Assembly: GCA_044360105.1 (NCBI GenBank)
Contig: JBIKKY010000027.1
Span: forward strand, 1-32,000
DNA: 32,000 nucleotides
From: Sulfuritalea sp.
GTDB lineage: Bacteria > Pseudomonadota > Gammaproteobacteria > Burkholderiales > Rhodocyclaceae
Direction: 5' to 3'
Of the stretch, positions 1 through 7,570 are shown one piece after another. The notes under the pieces were generated by a model that was not told the origin of the DNA, did no database searches, and was given only the letters and a program-made list of their open reading frames with translations. Position 1 is the stretch's first letter. Each line of letters begins with the position of its first letter. A program made the position numbers and the translations under genes.

Positions 1-278
1 CGTCTTGGCCATTTCCTCGCTGTATGGAAGACGCGCAGGACTTCCACCGCACCGCCGCGCACACGATAGGGCAGGATGTATGAAAATCGCTTCACGACAA
101 GTTCGCGTGTTCCCGCAATCCGGCCCGGACGTCCCATGTCGGGATGATCGGTGAGCATGGCAGCGCTGTCGCGCATGTGCCGGACAAACTCGGCCGCCAT
201 GTGCGGGCTGTCTTTGGCAATGTAGGCCGCTTCTTCGTCGAGGTTCTCCAGGGCGCGTCGCAGCCACTTAAGCTGCAT
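1..278 (-). CDS. ParE/RelE-family type II toxin, with its 3' end cut by the window edge
   Basis: My translation of the minus strand from the ATG at 278 gives MQLKWLRRALENLDEEAAYIAKDSPHMAAEFVRHMRDSAAMLTDHPDMGRPGRIAGTRELVVKRFSYILPYRVRGGAVEVLRVFHTARKW. This is the ParE-like pattern (..GR.g...gtRElv...yPYilvYrv....v.ilrvlH.ar). It overlaps the stop of the upstream RHH gene by 11 nt, as in TA operons. Confidence 0.7.
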   Translation of the reverse strand, partial: MQLKWLRRALENLDEEAAYIAKDSPHMAAEFVRHMRDSAAMLTDHPDMGRPGRIAGTRELVVKRFSYILPYRVRGGAVEVLRVFHTARKWPR

Positions 279-504
279 ACTTCCTCACAAGGGCATCAAC
301 CTCATCATCGGACGCGAAATCATTGGCGTCCGCCTCCTTCAGAGCCTGCTGGACTTCACCGATCTGCCAAGACTCAAGCTCCAGGTATTGGCGAATGGCT
401 TCGCCTGCGAGGTAGGATTTCGATCGACGGGTGGCATCAGCCAGTTTGTCCAGTTGATCTTTCATCTCCTCCGGAATGCGCAAAGTCAGTGTCGTTGTTT
501 CCAT
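268..504 (-). CDS. Ribbon-helix-helix (CopG/ParD-like) antitoxin
   Basis: ORF track 268..531. The likely start is the internal ATG at 504 (METTTLTLRIPEEMKDQLDKLADATRRSKSYLAGEAIRQYLE...). The N-terminal beta-strand plus two helices are typical of RHH antitoxins. It lies directly upstream of the ParE-like gene and overlaps it. Confidence 0.7.
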   Translation of the reverse strand: METTTLTLRIPEEMKDQLDKLADATRRSKSYLAGEAIRQYLELESWQIGEVQQALKEADANDFASDDEVDALVRKYAA

Positions 505-613
505 GGCAGCCTTTTGTATCAATATGTACACAAACGAATACTAACATCGAATCGCAGGTCATGCCCGTCGCGTTCACGTCGCGACTCTTGTTTTCTGCGA
601 CACGATTGCCGTG

Positions 614-929
614 TCGCCGGCGCCGACTTTTTTATTCGACCCTGGCCCCTTTAATCTCGCCGGCGCCGACTTTTTTATTCGACCCTGGCCCCTTTAATCT
701 TTTAACGACCCCGCACGAGGGAAGGCGCCCGGAAAACCCGAGGCCCCTCAAATTGGACATAGAGACGGTCGCCGTGTCGCCAGCGCCGACTTTTTATTCG
801 ACCCTGGCCCCTTTAATCCTTTTATTCGCTGGCCCCTTTAATCCTATTCGACCCTGGCCCCTTTAATCCGTTTCTTTTTATTCGACCCTGGCCCCTTTAA
901 TCGTTTAATTCGACCCTGGCCCCTTTAAT
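614..929. repeat. Iteron-like direct repeat array: six perfect copies and one degenerate copy of a 22-bp core, ATTCGACCCTGGCCCCTTTAAT
   Basis: Core copies start at 634, 677, 796, 825 (degenerate, lacks ACC), 846, 880 and 908. The first two lie in a perfect 43-bp tandem unit (614-656 and 657-699) and a third long unit is at 777-818. The region is non-coding; ORFs 144..866 and 388..654 merely translate the repeats. Confidence 0.9.
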
Positions 930-944
930 TAAATCCCTGTGGAC

Positions 945-980
945 GTAAAAACGGCCACCCGAAGGTGGCCGTTTGTTTGC
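945..980 (-). terminator. Rho-independent terminator downstream of porin A
   Basis: Hairpin ACGGCCACC-CGAA-GGTGGCCGT (951-972). On the minus strand it is followed by TTTT. It lies 49 nt past the porin stop. Confidence 0.7.
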
Positions 981-1020
981 TGCTTGAACCAGATCGGGGA
1001 TGATCCCCCGACAGGAACAA

Positions 1021-2172
1021 TTAGAACGTGTGACGCATGCCCATCGCGTAGCCAGACGAATCCTTGCCGGCGTCCGGAGCGCCGAGACCGGCGCCCACGC
1101 TAATTACACTGCCTCTATCGTTGCTGATATCGTTGTAGCCGATATACAGCGTGGTGCGCTTGGACAGGTTATGACGGTAGGAGATGCCCCAGCCATCAGC
1201 ATCGGCCGAGGACTTCACGCCGGCTGCGCTAGTGGTGTTACGGTCGAGATCTGCGTAGGACACGGTGATCGTGCCAACCTTGAAGACCGGAATACTGGCA
1301 CCGATTTGGTAGAGGTCGCCGTCGATCTTCGCGAGGGCAGCAGCAGCACCGCCAATCGAAGCCATGTTGTCACCGTCGAAGTCCTGGTAGGAACCGAACA
1401 GCTTGACCATGCCGAAGTCGTAGCTGCCGCCGACGATCCATTCGGTCAGATCACGCGTAGCCGCGCCGGCGACGGTGCCCAAATAATCGTTGAAATTGTG
1501 ATAGGCAACGCCAACAGCCAGCGGGCCCTTGGTGTAGTCGACACCGAGACCCCAGAAGCGCTGGTCATCGGTCGTGCCGACTGCTGCATTGCCATTTTCG
1601 CCGAAGGAGTACTGCACTTGACCGCTGAAGCCGCTCCAGTTGGGCGACAGCCAAGCGACCGAGTTGTTCAGACGGGAACGGTCGGAACCGCCATCAATCG
1701 TGTTGTTAATGCCGGTGGCCAGGCGATTGTTCGGGCCGAAGTACGCACCGTTTTCAGCCTCGAACTTGAGGAAGGTATTCGTGCCGGGGGTGTAGATGCG
1801 GCCAGCCTGGACGGTGCCCCAATCCTTCCCGCTCAAGAAAACGTAGGACTGGCGGATCGAGCCCATACCGGAAACGGAAGCAACGGAAGCAGCCGCGCCA
1901 CCGTCCGGACCCAGCGTGCCGAATTCGTACAGGGCGCCAGCCGTCATGCCGCCGCCGAGGTCTTCTTGAGCGCGGAAGCCGAGACGGCTGCCCGACAGAA
2001 CGCCAGTGGTCAGGCCGCTGAATTTGGCGTCGCCGAAAGTAGCAGCGCCGCGATCCGACGACCCGTTGGCATAGCCAACGTCAGCAACGCCCCAGATCGT
2101 GACGTTGGTCTGGGCCAGAGCGCCCGTGGAAGCCAGGCCAGCGATGGCCAGAGCGATTAGTTTCTTTTGCAT
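1021..2172 (-). CDS. Outer-membrane general porin (Gram-negative porin family), paralog A
   Basis: Start taken at the internal ATG at 2172, which gives the signal peptide MQKKLIALAIAGLASTGALA-QT. The protein is Gly/Asn/Tyr/Ser-rich with an alternating beta-barrel pattern and a C-terminal ...MGMRHTF ending in Phe. The antisense ORF 1000..2160 is a shadow. Confidence 0.9.
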   Translation of the reverse strand: MQKKLIALAIAGLASTGALAQTNVTIWGVADVGYANGSSDRGAATFGDAKFSGLTTGVLSGSRLGFRAQEDLGGGMTAGALYEFGTLGPDGGAAASVASVSGMGSIRQSYVFLSGKDWGTVQAGRIYTPGTNTFLKFEAENGAYFGPNNRLATGINNTIDGGSDRSRLNNSVAWLSPNWSGFSGQVQYSFGENGNAAVGTTDDQRFWGLGVDYTKGPLAVGVAYHNFNDYLGTVAGAATRDLTEWIVGGSYDFGMVKLFGSYQDFDGDNMASIGGAAAALAKIDGDLYQIGASIPVFKVGTITVSYADLDRNTTSAAGVKSSADADGWGISYRHNLSKRTTLYIGYNDISNDRGSVISVGAGLGAPDAGKDSSGYAMGMRHTF

Positions 2173-2278
2173 AGATTTCTCCAAAAAGAGAGTTGGTGCT
2201 AACAGTGCGTAATGTTTCAAATGGTTACGCACTGTTTTTTGTGTCATGCAGCGCACAAGAAAATGTCAAACAAACTGT

Positions 2279-2345
2279 ATTTGCATAAATTTATGCAAAT
2301 GACGTACGGTTTTCTATGCAAAACAAGGCTTACTTCTATGCAAAA
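2279..2345. promoter_or_regulatory. Candidate operator cluster upstream of porin A: a 22-bp perfect palindrome plus two direct repeats
   Basis: ATTTGCATAAATTTATGCAAAT at 2279-2300 is a perfect palindrome. TTCTATGCAAAA occurs at 2312-2323 and 2334-2345, 22 bp apart. All lie 107-173 bp upstream of the porin A start. No such motifs occur upstream of porin B. Confidence 0.35.
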
Positions 2346-2540
2346 GAAAAAGTCGACACAAAAATCCGCCATCTGAACCAGCGCAATGAGGATGCTGATC
2401 AATGGCGGACTACGCGGTAAATGCTGAGGATCGTTGCTAAACCGCAGGCAGCGGATTCAAAACGTCTTTTGCATAACTTTTGCGAGAGAACAACTTTTGA
2501 CGAGAACGCAAACGCTGCTACTCAGTCGGTGCGACCGCGT

Positions 2541-2573
2541 ACAAAAGCAAAATGCCCGCTGCTAACGGGCATT
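2541..2573 (-). terminator. Rho-independent terminator of the AAA+ operon
   Basis: Stem AATGCCCG (2551-2558) / CGGGCATT (2566-2573) with a 7-nt loop. The minus strand reads hairpin then TTTTGCTTTT. It lies about 50 nt past the stop at 2620. Confidence 0.65.
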
Positions 2574-2619
2574 GAGGAGTCGTGTAAAACGACACTTACT
2601 GCAAAACGGCTGCAGTTTG

Positions 2620-3297
2620 CTACGCGGCGAGTGCGATGCCCGCTCTTGCTTTCCGTATGGCGGCGATGCGCTGCATTTGCTCCGCGATTTCCCGTACCGA
2701 GCCATTGCAACGTGCAATGATCGGCAGCAGCTTATCGTCAGCGACAGGATTTGCAGCGCAGTCACTTAGAACCTGCTTTGCAATGGGCAGATAGTCCTGC
2801 GCAGGTCCTGCATTGCAATTTACTTTTACGCAGCGATTCTGCACACCCGCATCTATCTTGCCAATGTGGTTCGTTGTCAGTATGAAAATCGTCTGCGGAA
2901 TGCCCATCGCCGACTTTAACGACGCCTGCGCCAGCTTCGTCAAGTTATCAACTTCATCCAGCACGAAGTAGTGATAACCGCTTCCGTTAGCCGACATCAA
3001 CATTGATCGCTTGCTCAACTGCGCCATCAGCACGGGTCCAGTAAGCGCTTGCCCGCATCTGATGAAGTCGTAGTAAGCACTGCTACTGCTTTTGCCTTGC
3101 TCAATTGCGTCTGGCAACAGCCGCGCAAGCGTGGTCTTGCCAGTCCCGTAGTCGCCGTATAGCAAGATGCCGTTCTTGCCACATGCTGGAAATGCTCGAA
3201 CGCCAGACGCGATGTCAGCAATCAACTGCCGTTCTGTTACAGAGTGATAGACGATGTCGCCGATCACGTTGGGTGCTGCGATAGTAATGTTACTCAT
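2620..3297 (-). CDS. Short clamp-loader-like (RFC / T4 gp44-like) AAA+ ATPase, 225 aa
   Basis: Start at the ATG at 3297, preceded by AAAGGAGAAGCAA. Motifs seen: Walker A LLYGDYGTGKTTLARLL, Walker B YHYFVLDEVDNLT, sensor-1 IFILTTN, then KIDAGVQNRC, which matches the clamp-loader SRC-motif position. There is no C-terminal collar domain. Confidence 0.75.
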   Translation of the reverse strand: MSNITIAAPNVIGDIVYHSVTERQLIADIASGVRAFPACGKNGILLYGDYGTGKTTLARLLPDAIEQGKSSSSAYYDFIRCGQALTGPVLMAQLSKRSMLMSANGSGYHYFVLDEVDNLTKLAQASLKSAMGIPQTIFILTTNHIGKIDAGVQNRCVKVNCNAGPAQDYLPIAKQVLSDCAANPVADDKLLPIIARCNGSVREIAEQMQRIAAIRKARAGIALAA

Positions 3298-3368
3298 TTG
3301 CTTCTCCTTTAAAACCCCACATAAAAAACGCAGAGCAAGCACCATTGCCCGCCCTGCGTGTCCAACAA

Positions 3369-4226
3369 TTACCCTGCCGCGTCGTTCAGAAGCTCCTCCA
3401 GCTTCTTTTCGTCGTTTGCTGCTTTGTCGGTTTTCCCGACAGCTACAGTTGCGCTGTAAGCGCTAACCCGCGCCGCGTTGAGCACGGTCGTGCTATTGAC
3501 CAGCGCTTTGACGACAAAGCTGCCGTCTGCTTGCTGCGTGAGAATGGCAACAACATCGTCGCCTGCCGATTTGCCAGCTTGCTGCGCAAGCACTGCCAGC
3601 GTGTCGCTGGTGAAGGTCGCCAGTTGCTGCGTGGCGACTGCCTGCTTGCCAAGCTCGGCTTTCTGCTGCGGCGTCTTAGCCGTCGGGCTCTTTCTGCGCC
3701 GAATTTCTTCAACGCCACCGCCTTGCGTAATAAACGCTGGGATTTCGCCTGCCTTCTTATTCTGCGTCAGTGCTTCACGCAAAACCAGGCTGTACGCCGA
3801 CACGCGACGACGATCAACCCCTTCAAACACATACTTGACTAGCTTTGTGAGTACGTGCGTCGACTCACTAAAGCTGTACGCCTTCGCTGCCATTTCAGCA
3901 TTCAGCACTTCCCGTGCTGTTTTTGCGTCCTTGTCATTGCCGCGCAGGTCAAAGTAGAACGCGTAGCACTTGCCGAGCAGCGCATACAATTCCACATTGC
4001 TTTTCACAAACGCACCGTGCTGCCACACTTTGCGCTCAGCGATCAGCGCCGCAATGCGAGTGCGCACGTCGACAGGCTTGCTGTCTGCTGTGTTAGCAGG
4101 GGCTGCTTTGACGCTGTCGTTTAAACCGACAGCGATAGTGGCAGGAGCTACAGTGTCGTTTTGGACGACATCAGCAGCGTTGGTGGAGGAAACTACAGCG
4201 GCGGTGTTGGCGGATTGGTTTTGCAT
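3369..4226 (-). CDS. Hypothetical protein of 285 aa, first gene of the AAA+ operon
   Basis: ORF with a good RBS (AAAAGGAGATTCAAA-ATG). The N-terminus is low-complexity Ala/Thr/Val/Asn-rich, followed by a helical core (RIAALIAERKVWQHGAFVKSNVELYALLGKCYAFYF...) and a Lys/Gln-rich linker. I recognise no family. The gene contains two degenerate copies of the islet palindrome (3425-3441 and 4115-4131). Confidence 0.65.
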   Translation of the reverse strand: MQNQSANTAAVVSSTNAADVVQNDTVAPATIAVGLNDSVKAAPANTADSKPVDVRTRIAALIAERKVWQHGAFVKSNVELYALLGKCYAFYFDLRGNDKDAKTAREVLNAEMAAKAYSFSESTHVLTKLVKYVFEGVDRRRVSAYSLVLREALTQNKKAGEIPAFITQGGGVEEIRRRKSPTAKTPQQKAELGKQAVATQQLATFTSDTLAVLAQQAGKSAGDDVVAILTQQADGSFVVKALVNSTTVLNAARVSAYSATVAVGKTDKAANDEKKLEELLNDAAG

Positions 4227-4341
4227 TTTGAATCTCCTTTTTGATTTCGTTTCACACTGTGTGATCCGATGTGTGTATTAGAAAACGATATGCTCCACCG
4301 AGGTAATATGTGATATTTCCTTGTTAAATACTTCTACTTTT

Positions 4342-5085
4342 ATGGCGACACTTCCTGTAAAACGTCCCAACGTCCGTGTATCCAACCGTAGCTTTTTGTA
4401 TCGAGCGCCAGTCGCGCATCGCCCCAGCATTCATGCTGAGCAAACGGTGTATTACTGGTGGTATGAGTTCCTCAAGCGAAACGAGGACTACAGGCGATGC
4501 TGTGAGCGAGGCGGCAAGGGGCGTATGGCGAAGCTATATGCTGACTTTGGCAACGTTCATGCGCTGAGCTTCTCGCATTGGTGGCAAGAGGGCGGAAGGG
4601 GCGAGCGACTATTTGCCGAACCTGCTGGCCCCATTCAGCTGCAGGAATTAAAGGACACCAGCGAATGGGATGCGGCATGGACGCACGACAGCGTGTTGGT
4701 TGTCGCTGTGCCGTTGATGGAACCAAAGCGCCGCATCAAACGCTGGTTTCATCGGCTACTGGCGGAACGGCATACAGGTACGCCAGGTCGCCCCGTCAAG
4801 CGAGATAGCGGTGCTCTTCGTAAAGTTAGCGGCAAGTTCTCTGTAATGTCTTTGCAGCAAACTTTGCTGGTTTATGACTATTGCAAGGCGAACCCCAATA
4901 TGAAGCAAAGCGATGTGGGTTTTGCGCTCAGACTGGTAAAGAAGGCAATGCCAAATGCTGGAGACTCCATTCCGTTGCTGGCTAAGAAGCGCAATCGTAT
5001 GTCTGCAACAATCAGCCGCTATCTACGACGAGCCCATGCGATGATTCATCATGTGGGTAATGGCAAGTTTCCTTGCGCAGACTGA
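4342..5085 (+). CDS. Hypothetical protein, possible DNA-binding regulator
   Basis: ORF 4321..5085 opens with TTG; the first ATG is at 4342. The Trp-rich motif TVYYWWYEFLKRNEDYRRCCE resembles the AWEFLRRNP.Y signature of DUF6499-type regulator-like domains (from memory, not searched). The C-terminal segment ...MSATISRYLRRAHAMIHHVGNGKFP looks HTH-like. The gene is divergent from the AAA+ operon. Confidence 0.55.
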   Translation: MATLPVKRPNVRVSNRSFLYRAPVAHRPSIHAEQTVYYWWYEFLKRNEDYRRCCERGGKGRMAKLYADFGNVHALSFSHWWQEGGRGERLFAEPAGPIQLQELKDTSEWDAAWTHDSVLVVAVPLMEPKRRIKRWFHRLLAERHTGTPGRPVKRDSGALRKVSGKFSVMSLQQTLLVYDYCKANPNMKQSDVGFALRLVKKAMPNAGDSIPLLAKKRNRMSATISRYLRRAHAMIHHVGNGKFPCAD

Positions 5086-5107
5086 ACGACAGAATAGGAG
5101 AGCACCA

Positions 5108-5302
5108 TTGAGCAACCATATTGGATACATGTGCAAGACAGACTTTGACCACGAACTGCCCAATGTTGAAACCTACGTTTATCCATCAGTAGATGAACTG
5201 ATGGAAAAGCGCCAGTGCGTCGCAGAGTGTGGAATTGTGGAGGTAGAGGTCAAGCTGCTACGGATTGTCCAGCCAAGCCAATTTATAACTGACAGGCAAT
5301 GA
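5108..5302 (+). CDS. Small hypothetical protein with an uncertain start
   Basis: ORF 5051..5302. AGGAGA lies 6 nt upstream of an in-frame TTG at 5108, and an alternative ATG is at 5129. No family recognised. Confidence 0.35.
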   Translation: MSNHIGYMCKTDFDHELPNVETYVYPSVDELMEKRQCVAECGIVEVEVKLLRIVQPSQFITDRQ

Positions 5303-5306
5303 TGGG

Positions 5307-5323
5307 TGTCGGTTAAACCGACA
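5307..5323. repeat. Islet palindrome copy 1 (TGTCGGTTAAACCGACA, the reverse orientation of the consensus)
   Basis: A perfect 17-bp palindrome apart from the centre base. It sits between the convergent stops at 5302 (+) and 5325 (-). Confidence 0.9.
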
Positions 5324-5324
5324 G

Positions 5325-5891
5325 CTATATAAGCTCGACGGCGCGGCGCTTCATATCGTCATTGACGTCGATATAGGCTTGGGTGGTCTGAATGGATTTG
5401 TGTCCCGCTAACGAAGCGAGGACACGGACGCCGACGCCCTTTGCAGCCAACGCGGTAATGAACGACCTGCGCCCACTGTGGCTGCTTGCCCCCGCTATCC
5501 CCGCTTCCCTATAAAGCCAATGGAAATGCTGACATAAGGTATTGCTGGTAAATCCGTCGCGCTTTTGCGTGGCGAACAGGGGTTTGCTTACATCGCTGCG
5601 GTCAATGCCTGCCAAGTAGGTAAGCAGTTCCTTGCGCAGCTTCTCAGGCAGGAAGATAGTCCGCGCGTGTTTTCCCTTCGTTTGCTCGGGCTGCAAGCGC
5701 ACTTCTGCTTTGATGGTGCCGTCCGCCGCTAACACGTCGCCAATCTTTAACGCGGCAACCTCGCCCACGCGTAGCCCTGCCCAATGCGTTGTGAGCAGCA
5801 TCGCCCTGTTGCGGGCTGAATGCTTGCGGGACGCAATGTAGTCAAGCACCCGTCGCAGTTCCTTGTCAGTGAATGTTTTTGCTTGTGCCAT
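5325..5891 (-). CDS. Small tyrosine recombinase of 188 aa, catalytic domain only (FimB/FimE-sized)
   Basis: Catalytic signature present: WAGLRVGEV (Arg I), SSHSGRRSF (His-x-x-Arg) and GHKSIQTTQAYI (His ... Tyr). Only about 35 aa precede Arg I, so there is no separate core-binding or arm-binding domain. Confidence 0.8.
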   Translation of the reverse strand: MAQAKTFTDKELRRVLDYIASRKHSARNRAMLLTTHWAGLRVGEVAALKIGDVLAADGTIKAEVRLQPEQTKGKHARTIFLPEKLRKELLTYLAGIDRSDVSKPLFATQKRDGFTSNTLCQHFHWLYREAGIAGASSHSGRRSFITALAAKGVGVRVLASLAGHKSIQTTQAYIDVNDDMKRRAVELI

Positions 5892-6173
5892 TTTTTACTC
5901 CTTCAAATCACAGGATTGATATGGCATAGCGTAATTTCTTTGCTCCGAATTGGGCAACCGATTTGTGCGTAAAACTGACCTTCCAATAATCAACGACTTA
6001 GTAGATGACCAAAGCATTTCGCAATTTCCTTTGTTTGAGTATTTAGCCCGCAGCGCGTTACAAGCCCTACAAGCGTTTATTTCCGCCGCGCTGCTATCAA
6101 CAGCACGCCCAGCCCCTAAAACCCGCTAAATAAGCGTGTATGTGCGTCGTAGGTGCTGGGCTATGTGTTTGCG

Positions 6174-6632
6174 TCAGCTCAAGTCCGTGTTGGTAGCCAG
6201 TAGCTGCGGGCTGTTCTTGTTGGAAGCTGATTGCTTGCAGGGCTTCACTTCAAGCTCCCACGCTTGCTCTACGCCGATTACGGTGTCGTTGATCAGCAAT
6301 ACCAACTGGTGCGTATTCAAGTCCATCACGCCGAAGCCAGTAACACGAGGTTTGGTTCCATCGCTGTCCAGTCGCTTTACCCACGTTCCCAGCAAATCAG
6401 CTTTGGGCATATCGCCTACCAACTCGTTTGCCTGTGCCAGTGCCTTCATGTCCTCGTCGGACTTGGCGCTGTTCTCCCAATCGACGTAGCTGAACATATC
6501 AAGCAGGTATTTCGTTTTGGGCTGCTGCACGTCTGCTGTCGCGTTGAATATGGCTTTGCGGAATAGCCCCTTACCCTGCGTGCTTCCATATTTCTTGTTT
6601 TCATAAAATCTCACTGCGATTGCCTGTTCCAT
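6174..6632 (-). CDS. Hypothetical protein of 152 aa
   Basis: ORF preceded by AAGGAGAAAATT-ATG. No recognisable family. The overlapping + strand ORFs 6136..6489 and 6231..6566 are less plausible. Confidence 0.55.
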   Translation of the reverse strand: MEQAIAVRFYENKKYGSTQGKGLFRKAIFNATADVQQPKTKYLLDMFSYVDWENSAKSDEDMKALAQANELVGDMPKADLLGTWVKRLDSDGTKPRVTGFGVMDLNTHQLVLLINDTVIGVEQAWELEVKPCKQSASNKNSPQLLATNTDLS

Positions 6633-7015
6633 AATTTTCTCCTTGTAGTGGTTACAGGAGTTGCCTGTGTTGCCGTAGTCGCTCGAACAAAAAAGATGTC
6701 GCTCGTCGCGGGTTGCTCGTCTGAGTTACTCATTTGTTCCCAATCAGCAACTACTTGTAACAAGCAACTTCTTTTTCTTTCTGCGACTTATGCCACTCAT
6801 CGCAACTCGTAAATATTTATCCTCACCAAAGAAAATCGTGCAATTTCATAACCAAAGTGAGACAACTCGATACAGTGAAACGAAGCGCGTAGGCGCAGAT
6901 CGTGCAGAGGCACTGCGCAAAACCGAAGAATCACATATGAATATTTAGAGGTTGCTCAGACCATTACTCTGACCATACAGTTATGGTGTGTTCATAACGT
7001 ATAGGAGTAATTGAA

Positions 7016-7456
7016 ATGACTGCACTCTCCAATCTGAAGCTGATCGCAGCAAAGAAACCCGCGCAACTGTCGCCCGTAGTCCAGCGGCGCACTAAGGTCG
7101 CAAGACGCATCGCCGAACAAATCGCGCTTGCTACTGCCAGGCAGGACGGCACGAGCTACGCGCCGACCAAGCAGCGCAAGGTGACAGACGCGGAAACGGG
7201 CGAACGGAAAACGATTACCGTCCCGAAGAGCATCAAAGAATGGTGGTTTGTGACTGATACTGGCAAGCTTTGCGTTCAGCTGCGCTACGGTGCGAAGATC
7301 GTTGAAATTGCCAAGGGCAAGACGGCTGTTGAACTTGCAACTGCCGATCAGCTTGTCCCAACGCTTGAGACGCTGAAAGCTGCCGTTGAAGGCGGCGAAC
7401 TGGACTCGCAGCTTGAAGCTGTCAGCGGTGCAGTAAAGGCAGGTTTTAAGAAGTGA
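7016..7456 (+). CDS. Hypothetical protein of 146 aa, a conserved genomic-island type
   Basis: RBS TAGGAGTAATTGAA-ATG. The pattern LSNLKL...QRR.K...R..EQI.LA.A...G..YAP...WWF....GK....LRYG.K..E..KGK.A.E......L...L..LK.AVE.GELD.Q resembles, from memory, small DUF6641-type island proteins. This was not verified. Confidence 0.6.
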   Translation: MTALSNLKLIAAKKPAQLSPVVQRRTKVARRIAEQIALATARQDGTSYAPTKQRKVTDAETGERKTITVPKSIKEWWFVTDTGKLCVQLRYGAKIVEIAKGKTAVELATADQLVPTLETLKAAVEGGELDSQLEAVSGAVKAGFKK

Positions 7457-7570
7457 TGTCTGCGACAGGAGGCTAGGACGCTGCGCTTTTGGCGGCGTGC
7501 TGGCTTTCGTTGGCTACGACAGGGTCTGTAAGACGCTGTCGCTCGGCGGTGCAGTGCTTTCCCGTCAGCG

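Noticed and set aside
144-866. ORFs of 240 aa (144..866) and 88 aa (388..654) on the + strand
   Set aside because: They run antisense through the ParE/RHH genes and then simply translate the iteron repeats, giving recurring STLAPLI/DPGPFN peptides. There is no RBS and nothing protein-like.
614-929. The repeat array as a CRISPR array, or as tRNA 3'-end fragments (TTCGACC resembles a T-loop)
   Set aside because: The spacers are 0-97 bp and irregular, far too short for CRISPR, and the repeat has no palindromic core. No matching 5' T-stem or acceptor pairing flanks TTCGACC, so there is no tRNA structure.
1000-2160. Long ORFs antisense to both porins (1000..2160 and 9540..10628)
   Set aside because: They are mirror-frame shadows of well-supported porin genes. 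Their products lack any recognisable domain, and both begin inside the shared terminator repeat.
6057-6761. 8-bp inverted repeat GTTACAAG (6057-6064) / CTTGTAAC (6754-6761) flanking the 6174..6632 gene, as a possible invertible-switch boundary
   Set aside because: An 8-mer match between two ~300-bp regions is expected about once by chance. The flanking bases do not extend the match.
6790-6948. 52-aa ORF in the long 6633-7015 intergenic region
   Set aside because: There is no Shine-Dalgarno sequence and no recognisable motif, and it is below the length at which coding can be argued from sequence alone.
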